Positions 1-8,076 of a stretch of 64,000 nucleotides of DNA are shown here, piece by piece. The notes beneath the pieces were generated by a model that was not told where the DNA came from, ran no database searches, and worked only from the letters and a program-made list of their open reading frames with translations. This stretch comes from an uncultured Pseudomonadota bacterium (GTDB lineage: Bacteria; Oederibacteriota; Muellerivitia; Muellerivitales; Muellerivitaceae): assembly GCA_963843375.1 (NCBI GenBank), contig CAWJKT010000009.1, positions 256,001-320,000 of the forward strand, given 5' to 3'. The position numbers were made by a program, and so were the translations under genes. How positions within the stretch are numbered: position 1 is the first letter of the stretch; every line of letters begins with the position of its first letter.

Positions 1-2
1 GC

Positions 3-425
3 TTCGCTAATCCAGGAAGGGATGCCCAAATCCTTGAGGACGCCGCAAAGGAAACAGAGTCGAAATACGCGCGGATGGATATCACTTGGGGTGAGGTTCA
101 TCGATTCCGACGTGGCAAATTTGACTTTCCAGCAAACGGCGGATCGCCTAATTTGGGAATCTTTCGTTCTGTTTGGTATGACATGGATAAGGACGGTAAA
201 TACCTCGCTAATGGAGGCGATAGTTACATTGAGGCCATTGATTTTTCAAAACCATTGAAGGCTAGTGTTTTGTTGGCCTATGGGAATTCAAGCGATCCTG
301 TTTCTCCCCATTATGGGGACCAATTGGAATTAGATTCAAAAAAAGAACTTCGACCCGTCTGGTTTTATCGCCAGGATGCTGAAGCTCACACAGTCGAGAA
401 GTCAGTGATTCCGGGAGTTGAATGA
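3..425 (+). CDS. C-terminal part of penicillin acylase / AHL acylase (Ntn-hydrolase) family protein, 5' truncated by window
   Basis: Frame open from base 3; WGEVHRFRRG, GGDSY..IDFS and YGNSSDPVSPHYGDQLEL match the acylase beta-subunit C-terminus. Confidence 0.8.
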   Translation, partial: FANPGRDAQILEDAAKETESKYARMDITWGEVHRFRRGKFDFPANGGSPNLGIFRSVWYDMDKDGKYLANGGDSYIEAIDFSKPLKASVLLAYGNSSDPVSPHYGDQLELDSKKELRPVWFYRQDAEAHTVEKSVIPGVE

Positions 426-444
426 GAAAATAGGGGGCATGGCT

Positions 445-563
445 TGTCCACGACGGGGACCCCTAAACCCTGAGTGGTTCGAGGGCCTCACCATCCGCGC
501 TCAAAGGGTCGATGAACTCAGGGCAAATTATAGGTCGTCCAATCTGGGAACCCGTCGTGGACA
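445..563. repeat. Cassette-boundary site 1, long form (half site, REP-like insert, full site at 536-563)
   Basis: TGTCCACGACGGGGACCC at 445; CGTCCAATCTG-GGAACC-CGTCGTGGACA at 536. Confidence 0.9.
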
Positions 564-648
564 AACCATTTGGGGCCTATCAACTGATTTTAGACGGGTT
601 TTCGTTTTGAGGTTTTATGAAATTTATAGAGAGTGTATAATGATTCCC

Positions 649-855
649 ATGAAGACCAAGAAAAACGTCTTAACACTTATCAAAAAAATCGAGGCCCTTC
701 CGGCCGACAAGATCAACGAGGTTGAGGATTTCGTAGAGTTCTTGGGTCACAAGGGCTCCGACAGGCAATTGACAAGGGCCGCCTCCAAACTTTCCGAAAG
801 GTCGTTTGCCAAGGTCTGGGATAATCCCGAAGATGCCATCTACGACAAGCTATGA
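649..855 (+). CDS. Antitoxin (DUF2281-like)
   Basis: IEALPADKINEVEDFVEFL...VWDNPEDAIYDKL; overlaps the downstream PemK-like toxin. Confidence 0.75.
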   Translation: MKTKKNVLTLIKKIEALPADKINEVEDFVEFLGHKGSDRQLTRAASKLSERSFAKVWDNPEDAIYDKL

Positions 856-1183
856 TTTCGGGGATGTTCTCCTAGTCCCTTTCCCATTCTCCAACCAAAC
901 TGCCGTTAAGAAACGCCCTGCTGTTGTCGTCAGTTCAAGCACCTACAACCTTTCTCGTCCTGACCTGATTATCCTGGCCCTTAGCAGCCAACCAGCAACT
1001 TCAAATGTGTTTGGGGGAACCAGCCTTTCCCACTGGAAAGGGGCAGGACTTTTGAAGCCTTCAGTTTTCAAGCCCATATTGGCCACGATTGAAAAGAGTT
1101 TGGTCATTCAAAAGCTGGGACGTCTTCATGCTAGCGATCAAAAGACCCTCCAACAGATATTAAAAACAGTTATTCAGGTTTAA
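833..1183 (+). CDS. PemK/MazF family toxin
   Basis: GDVLLVPFPFSNQ..KKRPAVVVS motif. Confidence 0.9.
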   Translation: MPSTTSYDFGDVLLVPFPFSNQTAVKKRPAVVVSSSTYNLSRPDLIILALSSQPATSNVFGGTSLSHWKGAGLLKPSVFKPILATIEKSLVIQKLGRLHASDQKTLQQILKTVIQV

Positions 1184-1200
1184 CTTATTGCCTCTAAACC

Positions 1201-1228
1201 TGTCCAACCTGGGGACCCGGATTGGACG
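1201..1228. repeat. Cassette-boundary site 2 (B-type arms)
   Basis: TGTCCAACCTG-GGGACC-CGGATTGGACG. Confidence 0.85.
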
Positions 1229-1323
1229 GTGTTTTGAGGCCGCCGATTCAACCTTTGGTGTTTGAAGGATTCTTCTTTAGTGATATCATAATGTCATAAG
1301 TGTTATCACTTTGGAGGTCCCCT

Positions 1324-1569
1324 ATGGTTCGTACTCAAATTCAATTGACCAAAAAGCAAACCACCTCGTTGAAAAGAATCGCCCAGGAGAGGCATATCTC
1401 CATGGCCGAAGCCATCCGCCAAGGCGTTGATTTATTCCTAAAGAATGGGATCATCAGTCCTGAGGAGCGCCGGAAACGGGCCATTGCCATTTCAGGGAAA
1501 TTTCATTCCAAGCACACCGACCTTTCCATCCATCACGACAAGTATTTGACTGAAGACTACGCCAAGTGA
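1324..1569 (+). CDS. CopG/RHH-type antitoxin
   Basis: MVRTQIQLT...SMAEAIRQGVD...HHDKYL; GGAGG RBS; 4-bp overlap with PIN gene. Confidence 0.85.
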   Translation: MVRTQIQLTKKQTTSLKRIAQERHISMAEAIRQGVDLFLKNGIISPEERRKRAIAISGKFHSKHTDLSIHHDKYLTEDYAK

Positions 1570-1964
1570 CCACTTTCATTGACACGTCTTTTTTCATCGC
1601 TCTTTTAACGAAAGAAGACCGCTTCCACGCGAAAGCTGATCAAGCTTGGCGATCTTTACTTGAATCGGACGACAACCTGGTTTCCACCAATTACACGCTT
1701 TTAGAGACGTTCTCCCTGATCCAAAACCGCTTGGGTTTGGAAGCTGTTACCGATTTTCAAAGGGATGTTGTGCCGCTTCTATCTTTGGAATGGGTTGATG
1801 AAAACTGTCATGAAGCGGGACTTGCCGCCGTGTTGACCGCCAAGCGAAGGAATTTGAGCCTCGTGGACTGCGTCAGCTTCGAAGTTATGCGGAGGAACGG
1901 AGTTAAGAATGTCCTTACCTTTGACAAGCATTTTGGAGAACATGGATTTCATTGTTTGCCATAA
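1566..1964 (+). CDS. vapC: VapC PIN-domain toxin
   Basis: FIDTSFFIAL...SLVDCVSFEVM...LTFDKHF. Confidence 0.9.
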   Translation: MTTFIDTSFFIALLTKEDRFHAKADQAWRSLLESDDNLVSTNYTLLETFSLIQNRLGLEAVTDFQRDVVPLLSLEWVDENCHEAGLAAVLTAKRRNLSLVDCVSFEVMRRNGVKNVLTFDKHFGEHGFHCLP

Positions 1965-1990
1965 AAGTTAAATGAATTGTTGGTATCTGC

Positions 1991-2018
1991 TGTCCACGAC
2001 GGGGAGGTGTAGTGGACA
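1991..2018. repeat. Cassette-boundary site 3
   Basis: TGTCCACGACG-GGGAGG-TGTAGTGGACA. Confidence 0.85.
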
Positions 2019-2108
2019 AGGGGTTTCCCCGGCCGACAAGCCATTTACTTGACGGTCCCTTTTCCAATGCATATAATTAATGCATATAGTTAATATGCAT
2101 CCCAGGAG

Positions 2109-2321
2109 ATGAAAATGCGGACCACCCTTGAACTTTCCAACCATTTGATCAAAGAACTCATGTCAGTGGAGAAATGGGCCTCCAAAACCCAGGCCATTGA
2201 GGCGGCCATCGACGATTTCGTCCGCCGGAAGAGACTGGATAAACTTATTTCCGCCAGGGGACGCTTGAAGGTGAAAGACGTTTCCTCCGAATTGCGGAAG
2301 ATGGAACTTCATGGCCGCTGA
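2109..2321 (+). CDS. vapB: VapB-type antitoxin
   Basis: MRTTLEL...SKTQAIEAAI; AGGAG RBS; overlaps PIN gene. Confidence 0.8.
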   Translation: MKMRTTLELSNHLIKELMSVEKWASKTQAIEAAIDDFVRRKRLDKLISARGRLKVKDVSSELRKMELHGR

Positions 2322-2700
2322 GATCCTGATTGACACATCGGTTTGGATCGACTATTTCCGCAAGCCGGACAGTGAAACCGGGGACAAGATCGTCAAACAT
2401 TTGAAACGCGGTTCCATATCTACTTGCGGAGTCGTCGTTTTTGAGGTCTTGCAGGGGGCGGCGGACCAAGAAGAGTTTTCTTTCCTGGAAGAGAACCTAA
2501 AAGGCCTGCATTTTCTCGAGGCAAACGCAGAGGCGTTTTTTGAGGCGGGGAAGGTTTCCTACGATTTGCGCAAGCATGGTATTACGCTCCCGTTAAGTGA
2601 CATTCTTATAGGCACTTTAGCCATGTCAAACCATCAAACGATTTGGACCAAGGACCAACATTTCAAAAAAATGAAAGGACTCCATCATCAGTTTTTTTAA
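2311..2700 (+). CDS. vapC: VapC PIN-domain toxin
   Basis: ILIDTSVWIDYFR...LSDILIG...WTKDQHF. Confidence 0.9.
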   Translation: MAAEILIDTSVWIDYFRKPDSETGDKIVKHLKRGSISTCGVVVFEVLQGAADQEEFSFLEENLKGLHFLEANAEAFFEAGKVSYDLRKHGITLPLSDILIGTLAMSNHQTIWTKDQHFKKMKGLHHQFF

Positions 2701-2709
2701 TTAGGCCTT

Positions 2710-2737
2710 TGTCCACGGCGGGGACCCGTCGTGGACA
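2710..2737. repeat. Cassette-boundary site 4
   Basis: TGTCCACGGCG-GGGACC-CGTCGTGGACA. Confidence 0.95.
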
Positions 2738-2809
2738 GCCAGTTCCACAATATTCACATTCTTGCGAGACCAAATCATTGATGGTATAACAGTTATATAT
2801 GGAGCCTAG

Positions 2810-3088
2810 ATGCGGTTTAAGTTCAATAGCAAAAAGAGTAATAGCCTCCGCCGGAACCGGGCACGCGGTATTGGTTTCGAGGAAGCTCAAAGGCTATGGG
2901 AAAGCCCTTACTATCTTGATCAACGTTCGGATTTACCCGAACAATGGCGGGCCATCGGTTGGGTTGTTGAAAGGCTCTATACCGTGATCTACGAAGAAAG
3001 ATCAGATCGCGATGGAGAGTATCTGCATCTTGTTACGCTGTGGAAGTCCACGAAGGAGGAGAGGAAGTTATATGAAAAGCACACATAA
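2810..3088 (+). CDS. brnT: BrnT family toxin
   Basis: F.FNSKKS...RGIGFEEAQRLW...WKSTKEERKLYE. Confidence 0.8.
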   Translation: MRFKFNSKKSNSLRRNRARGIGFEEAQRLWESPYYLDQRSDLPEQWRAIGWVVERLYTVIYEERSDRDGEYLHLVTLWKSTKEERKLYEKHT

Positions 3089-3356
3089 GGCAAAAACGGT
3101 TCCAACGGCGGAGCAAATAGCCCAAATGGTCGATAAGGGGGAGGACATCTCCAAACATTTCACGAACCACGGAAAAATGATGCCGGCCATCCGACGGGTC
3201 AATGTGGATTTCGCGGAAAACATGCTGCGGGAATTGGACAGTTTAGTCCGTGAGATGAACGTGAGCCGCCAGGCGGTCATTAAATCAATCCTTCGCCAGG
3301 GATTGGATCAGCATTATTTGGCTAAGAAGAAACGTCCCCACCTGACGGCTCGTTAA
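3072..3356 (+). CDS. BrnA/CopG-like antitoxin
   Basis: DKGEDISKHF...RRVNVDF...LD....MNVSRQAVIK, C-terminal RHH. Confidence 0.8.
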   Translation: MKSTHKAKTVPTAEQIAQMVDKGEDISKHFTNHGKMMPAIRRVNVDFAENMLRELDSLVREMNVSRQAVIKSILRQGLDQHYLAKKKRPHLTAR

Positions 3357-3370
3357 TCATTTAAACCAGC

Positions 3371-3398
3371 TGTCCACGACTGGGACCCGTCGTGGACA
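3371..3398. repeat. Cassette-boundary site 5
   Basis: TGTCCACGACT-GGGACC-CGTCGTGGACA. Confidence 0.95.
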
Positions 3399-3444
3399 GG
3401 GCAAACCATTGCGTTGTAACTATACTGTAGGGTATACTAAAAAC

Positions 3445-3716
3445 ATGCTCGTCATTTGGGATCCCCAGAAAGCCATTTCCAATCAAAAAATCACGGGGTC
3501 TCATTTGAAGAGGCTCAATCCGTATTGGAATCCGACGTTCAATTGGTGTTGGAGGATAGTGAACACCACGAACAAAGATTCATCGTGCTTGGGTATTCAA
3601 AGAAACTAAACCTATTGGTGGTGGTTTACGCTTACCGGGAAATGGATGTCATCCGGATCATCTCGGCCAGAAAAGCCACACGAAAGGAACGGGAAAACTA
3701 TGAAAAAAGAATATGA
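3445..3716 (+). pseudogene. brnT: BrnT family toxin with a frameshift in an A6 run (about 3485-3490)
   Basis: MLVIWDPQKAISNQK in one frame; HGVSFEEAQ...IRIISARKATRKERENYE in the next. Confidence 0.8.
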
Positions 3717-3957
3717 TTTTTCTAAAGCGAAGGTCCATAAAGGCCCTCTTTTAGCTTCCAAAGGTTCTAAGATTCAGAAAACCTTCCGGTTGGATGAGTC
3801 TGTTTACCATTGGCTTATCGAGGAAGGAAAAAAACAAGGAATCCCTTACCAAACTCTCATGAACTCCATTTTAAAGCGTTCAATGTCCGATAATTCAACC
3901 CTCGAAGAACGCGTTCGTAAAATCGAGCATAAATTAGGCCTGAAAAAAACTGGCTGA
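3700..3957 (+). CDS. brnA: BrnA antitoxin
   Basis: MKKEYDFSKA...FRLD...GIPYQTLMNSIL. Confidence 0.85.
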   Translation: MKKEYDFSKAKVHKGPLLASKGSKIQKTFRLDESVYHWLIEEGKKQGIPYQTLMNSILKRSMSDNSTLEERVRKIEHKLGLKKTG

Positions 3958-3995
3958 TTTCCCTGGACGAATTAGTTTTTGTAAATCGAAGGCCT

Positions 3996-4023
3996 CGTCC
4001 ACGACGGAGACCCGTCGTGGACA
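3996..4023. repeat. Cassette-boundary site 6
   Basis: CGTCCACGACG-GAGACC-CGTCGTGGACA. Confidence 0.95.
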
Positions 4024-4275
4024 ATAAATGCTTCAATAATTTAAATAAGTTTAAATTGCATGGTTTGTTTTAAAGGGCTGGGGGGGATTAACCGGAGCGG
4101 ATTGGTCGCGGGCCCAAAATGGAAAATGGAGACTGGGCCCGTTTTTATTGAATAAAATCACCTTTTAATTTGTTGGCTAATTTCCTTGACTGTCACCTTT
4201 TTTGCTAATAAGATTCCCCCCAGTTAAATGGTTTCCCATGCTTTTCCCCTCCCCATATCATGCCAAGGTGGTCCC

Positions 4276-5541
4276 ATGAGATTTCGAATCTTAGGATTAT
4301 TTTCCCTTTTGGTGGGAATGACTTTTTTAACCCTCGGTTGCCCATCCAAGTCCAACAGCCCCTCCGGCCCTACCGCTCCCGCGCCGACTAATACGCCCGC
4401 CGTAACATCCACGCCTACCAACACCGCGACCATTACGTCTTCTTCCACCCCTACTGGAACACCCACCAAAACCGGCACCCCAACCCTTACTGGAACACCC
4501 ACCAACACAGCCACTGCCAGCCCCACCGCCACGATCACCCCGACACCCACGATCACCGCGACCGCCACGATCACCAATACACCGACTGATTCCGCTACTT
4601 CCACCCAAACCGGAACGTCCACTGACACGGCCACAGTCTCACCCACCGCCACGGTCACCAGTACCCCAACCAACAGCCTAAGCCCCACCCCGACGGGTAC
4701 GCCGACCGATAGCCCCAGTCCCACTCCGACCGGCACACCGACCAATACCTTCCAATTCACGCCCACGGCCACGCCTAGCGCCACCACTACCGAAACCCCC
4801 AGTTTGACTCCGACCAGCAGCCCCACACCAACTCCCAACTGCACGGGTTCCTATTCCATATCCGGAAACGTGGATTACACGGGCTCGACGGTTTCGGGCA
4901 ACAGCGTGGCGGTGCTTATCATTTCACAACCCGACCTTGGCGGCGGCAGCGGTGATGGTTGTAACCCATTCTCCTCCGTCCTCGGAACCACGCCTGGGAG
5001 CTATTCCTACAACATCTCCACTATTCCCTCGGGCAGTTTTTACGTTGTTGGGGTTTACGGAACATTCGGAAGCAACGGACCCAACCTGGGGGATTACGTT
5101 GGGGACTACGGCAACGATTGTCCCCTCACGGGTTCCACCTTGGTGGCCCTCTCCAGCGGCAATCCCAGCGCGAGCAATGTCGGCGTGACCTTCGGCAACA
5201 CTTGGACGCTTTGGGGCATCAACGCGACCGTCAACTACAGCGGATCACAAACCAACGGTGAAATCTATGTCGGGCTCTTTTCCGCGGTCAATGTTGGCGC
5301 CGGAACTTACACCCAAATTACGAATACCGGCGTCAATTCTTCGGGCCAGACAAAAACCCTCATCGATCAAATCAATAGCTGTGGCTCGACGGGCGCGTCC
5401 GTTTACGTGATTGGATGGTACGGCAGCAATCCCAACGGGCCGAACGCGGGGGACAATTACGTTGAGTTCTCCACCACCGAGGTGAACAACCCAACGACGA
5501 CGACAACCGTTAATATCAGCAGCTCCGCGACTTGGCCATAA
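4276..5541 (+). CDS. Surface lipoprotein with long Thr/Pro/Ser linker and two related beta-rich C-terminal domains
   Basis: Hydrophobic signal ending LTLGC; about 160 aa T/P/S tract; [18 protein letters not shown] versus [20 protein letters not shown]. Confidence 0.75.
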   Translation: MRFRILGLFSLLVGMTFLTLGCPSKSNSPSGPTAPAPTNTPAVTSTPTNTATITSSSTPTGTPTKTGTPTLTGTPTNTATASPTATITPTPTITATATITNTPTDSATSTQTGTSTDTATVSPTATVTSTPTNSLSPTPTGTPTDSPSPTPTGTPTNTFQFTPTATPSATTTETPSLTPTSSPTPTPNCTGSYSISGNVDYTGSTVSGNSVAVLIISQPDLGGGSGDGCNPFSSVLGTTPGSYSYNISTIPSGSFYVVGVYGTFGSNGPNLGDYVGDYGNDCPLTGSTLVALSSGNPSASNVGVTFGNTWTLWGINATVNYSGSQTNGEIYVGLFSAVNVGAGTYTQITNTGVNSSGQTKTLIDQINSCGSTGASVYVIGWYGSNPNGPNAGDNYVEFSTTEVNNPTTTTTVNISSSATWP

Positions 5542-5580
5542 GATTGGCCAAGTTTTTTGGGGACTAACGCCTATGCCGAC

Positions 5581-5608
5581 AAAGCCCCGCCTCTGGCGGG
5601 GCTTTTTT
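5581..5608 (+). terminator. Rho-independent terminator
   Basis: AAAGCCCCGCC-TCT-GGCGGGGCTTTTTT. Confidence 0.9.
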
Positions 5609-5805
5609 GTCTTCATGGAAGAAGGACCGGCAAGGGTGGGGAATAATATTTGAACACCAAATCCGGAATCATCACCGAATAGAAAACCCTCAAAAGCACT
5701 TCCAAAAGATCGAATTTTGGCCGTCTATCCCGCTTTTATCGAAAGGGCTAATTTGCCCCAGGTTCTTTACGCCTCATTCGCTGAATAGTGAGGTGAAGAA
5801 AGGAC

Positions 5806-5833
5806 TGTCCACGACGGGTCCCCGTCGTGGACA
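5806..5833. repeat. Cassette-boundary site 7, inverted orientation
   Basis: TGTCCACGACG-GGTCCC-CGTCGTGGACA; spacer is the reverse complement of GGGACC. Confidence 0.95.
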
Positions 5834-5882
5834 GGGGAAATTTTGTTTAGTGAAGTCTGATTTTATTTTTTGGAGAAGAAAA

Positions 5883-6485
5883 TTGTCTTATCGAATAATA
5901 CAGCCACCATTTACGCTAAAATTCAAGGAAATGCCAAAAACTGAATTGAAAGCCTATTTTGATTGGTTTGTGTCTCAAATCCCTGAAAGATTATCTGTAT
6001 TGGAATCTTCGGTGAATGAAACAAAAGGATTTGAAGATTGGTCGGCTAATTATTCTATATCTTCATTATCTTCATTAAAAAAATTAGGAAAATGGTTTGA
6101 AACTAAAGCCAATACACGGACAAGAACCAAACAAGAAATGGAGAAAATTAGAGGTAATTTCAATTTTCCTACTGAGATTTCAGATCAAGAACTGACGAAT
6201 GAAACTTTTTCAATAGCAATTGATATTGGGATGTATTTTGCAGAGGTCTTGAGGAAAAAGCATAAAAATTTGCAATGGAACTTTATAACGAAAGGGCGAA
6301 AAGACTGGATTGATTATGGCCAACCTATTTTGATTGGGTTTGACATTATTGGTCTGAATCCAGTTCATATTATGGTTACATTGGCATATGGATTTGTAAA
6401 AAAGAGTAAGTCGGGGGAAAGATTAAGTGAACTCTTTTCAATTTGGTCCGGGAAAGCCAAGAAAAGAGCGAAGGGTCCAAATTAA
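5883..6485 (+). CDS. Hypothetical protein (AT-rich cassette)
   Basis: TTG start after GGAGAAG; ORF fills the interval between sites 7 and 8. Confidence 0.65.
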   Translation: MSYRIIQPPFTLKFKEMPKTELKAYFDWFVSQIPERLSVLESSVNETKGFEDWSANYSISSLSSLKKLGKWFETKANTRTRTKQEMEKIRGNFNFPTEISDQELTNETFSIAIDIGMYFAEVLRKKHKNLQWNFITKGRKDWIDYGQPILIGFDIIGLNPVHIMVTLAYGFVKKSKSGERLSELFSIWSGKAKKRAKGPN

Positions 6486-6505
6486 CCTTTTTGTGATGAA
6501 TCGGT

Positions 6506-6533
6506 TGTCCACGGCGGGGACCCGTCGTGGACA
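6506..6533. repeat. Cassette-boundary site 8
   Basis: TGTCCACGGCG-GGGACC-CGTCGTGGACA. Confidence 0.95.
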
Positions 6534-6564
6534 ATGGAAACCTGGATTTGATTTCTATATCAAC

Positions 6565-6972
6565 TTACATCCAACCTGTCCGCCATTGTTGGCGCGATAG
6601 CCACACAAAGATCAGGATGATCAGCGGCGCCACCACATGCATTACGGGTTCGCCGCCGTGAAGAAGGTATGAAGCCGATGCGCCCAACAGGTCAAAGGTA
6701 AAACCCGCATAAGCCCATTCTTTGAGGGTGCGGAATTTTTTACTGCCGAAAAGAACCGCAATACAGCCGAGAATCTTGGCCACTCCCAAAATAGTACAAA
6801 GGTAAGCGGGGTAACCCAAGGCGGTAATCCCTTGAACATTCTCCGGTGCAGCCATCAGCATCATCACTCCACCCGATCCCATGGCTGAAACCACCAAGAG
6901 CGTCTCGATCCAATAGAATATCTTCGCCATCGTCATGTATTTCGCTTTCATTTCCGCTACGTTCTTCGCCAT
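6565..6972 (-). CDS. DoxX-like membrane protein
   Basis: LGYPAYL..ILGVAKILG...LKEWAYAGFTFDL. Confidence 0.85.
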   Translation of the reverse strand: MAKNVAEMKAKYMTMAKIFYWIETLLVVSAMGSGGVMMLMAAPENVQGITALGYPAYLCTILGVAKILGCIAVLFGSKKFRTLKEWAYAGFTFDLLGASASYLLHGGEPVMHVVAPLIILIFVWLSRQQWRTGWM

Positions 6973-7000
6973 TTCACTTCTCCTTTGTTTTGATTCCTGC

Positions 7001-7474
7001 TTAAACTTTATTCACAAACGACTCGAACTTTTTAAGCTGATGATTCCAGGCCAGGTCCGAATCCAGCTGTTTGCGGAAGGTCTTGGCGTTCTCCCCAAAC
7101 TTTTCCAAATTCCGATGCTCCAGCTTGACCCAGGTTTTATCTTTCCCCTCGGATACAAAAGTGATTTCCACCTCGGTCGCGAAAGAAGGATCCAATTGAA
7201 AAGAGGCGGTGAGGTGCCACGCTAAAAGAATTCGATTCGGCTGCTCCCAGGCCAGCACCGTGGCCCAGTCACCCCGGGTGCCGTCTTCGGCTATTCCATA
7301 AAAACGGCCGTTCACCCTTGTCTCCAGAACCGCTTGTTTCAGTTGGGATTTGCCAACGCGGTATTCCCGGGGATACCAAGCGTCGATATTCTCCGTAAAG
7401 GCCGTGAAAGCCTCCAACAGGGGAATATTCACAAAAACCTGCTTCCGAATCGGTTCGATCATTGAGTCGGTCAT
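7001..7474 (-). CDS. SRPBCC/AHSA1-like protein
   Basis: AF.AFTE.I..W.P...VLAWEQPNRILLAW...TEVEITF...LEHRN. Confidence 0.85.
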   Translation of the reverse strand: MTDSMIEPIRKQVFVNIPLLEAFTAFTENIDAWYPREYRVGKSQLKQAVLETRVNGRFYGIAEDGTRGDWATVLAWEQPNRILLAWHLTASFQLDPSFATEVEITFVSEGKDKTWVKLEHRNLEKFGENAKTFRKQLDSDLAWNHQLKKFESFVNKV

Positions 7475-7800
7475 GGTTTTTCTTTCATTTTTTTATTTTT
7501 CTCCACGTATTCCTTGAACGCTCCCAAAGACTTGTCCCAAAAACCGTCCAAATAGTCCCTCATGGTTTGAACTCCCTTGGGGTCCACCTGATACAGTCTT
7601 CGGGTGCCCCGCTGTTCTACCAACACCAACCCCGCTTCTTTCAACACCTTCAGATGTTGTGAAACCGCAGGTCTGGAAACATGCAAGCCTTCGCTTAGCT
7701 CCACCACGGCTAACGGACGCTTAGCTAGGCGCTCAAATAACTCTCGCCGGGTGGGATCACCTAAGGCCTGAAATGCTTTCGCTATAGTTGGGTTAGCCAT
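7471..7800 (-). CDS. ArsR/SmtB family transcriptional regulator
   Basis: FQALGDPTRR...VSRPAVSQHLKVLKEAGLV. Confidence 0.9.
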   Translation of the reverse strand: MANPTIAKAFQALGDPTRRELFERLAKRPLAVVELSEGLHVSRPAVSQHLKVLKEAGLVLVEQRGTRRLYQVDPKGVQTMRDYLDGFWDKSLGAFKEYVEKNKKMKEKP

Positions 7801-7807
7801 ATCAACC

Positions 7808-7823
7808 GTAAGTATATACTTAC
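7808..7823. promoter_or_regulatory. Probable ArsR operator
   Basis: Perfect palindrome GTAAGTATATACTTAC just upstream of the ArsR start. Confidence 0.6.
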
Positions 7824-7938
7824 CGATATGTCGATTGTCAAGATTCAATTATTGGAAGGGAAAGGTTGGAAATTAGACGGGAGTAAATAACATTTAAACG
7901 TGAGCTGGCCGTTACAATTGTAACGAAATGTAACTGGA

Positions 7939-7966
7939 TGTCCACGACGGGGACCCATCGTGGACA
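7939..7966. repeat. Cassette-boundary site 9
   Basis: TGTCCACGACG-GGGACC-CATCGTGGACA. Confidence 0.95.
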
Positions 7967-8076
7967 GAGAATAGTTTTGCAAAGAGCATGGACAAGTGGG
8001 ATTGGGGCAGGAAGTTTCGAAAGGAATCGTAGAATTAAAACGGAAAAATATACCGAGGATGGTCGATTTGGACGTT

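Noticed and set aside
444..452. DnaA boxes (TTGTCCACA-like) suggesting an origin
   Set aside because: The match is only part of a longer palindrome, and copies are dispersed between genes rather than clustered near dnaA.
418..648. N-terminal ORF extensions reading through the repeats (CPRRGP / STTGT peptides; also 5607, 7938, 11951, 12882)
   Set aside because: Translations of the palindrome; better starts lie downstream.
3396..3410. ACAGGGCAAACCATT resembling the start of a c-di-GMP-I riboswitch
   Set aside because: The following GAAA tetraloop stem and GACGCAAAG elements are absent.
4224..4844. 206-aa Val/Gly-rich minus-strand ORF
   Set aside because: Antisense shadow of the Thr/Pro tract.
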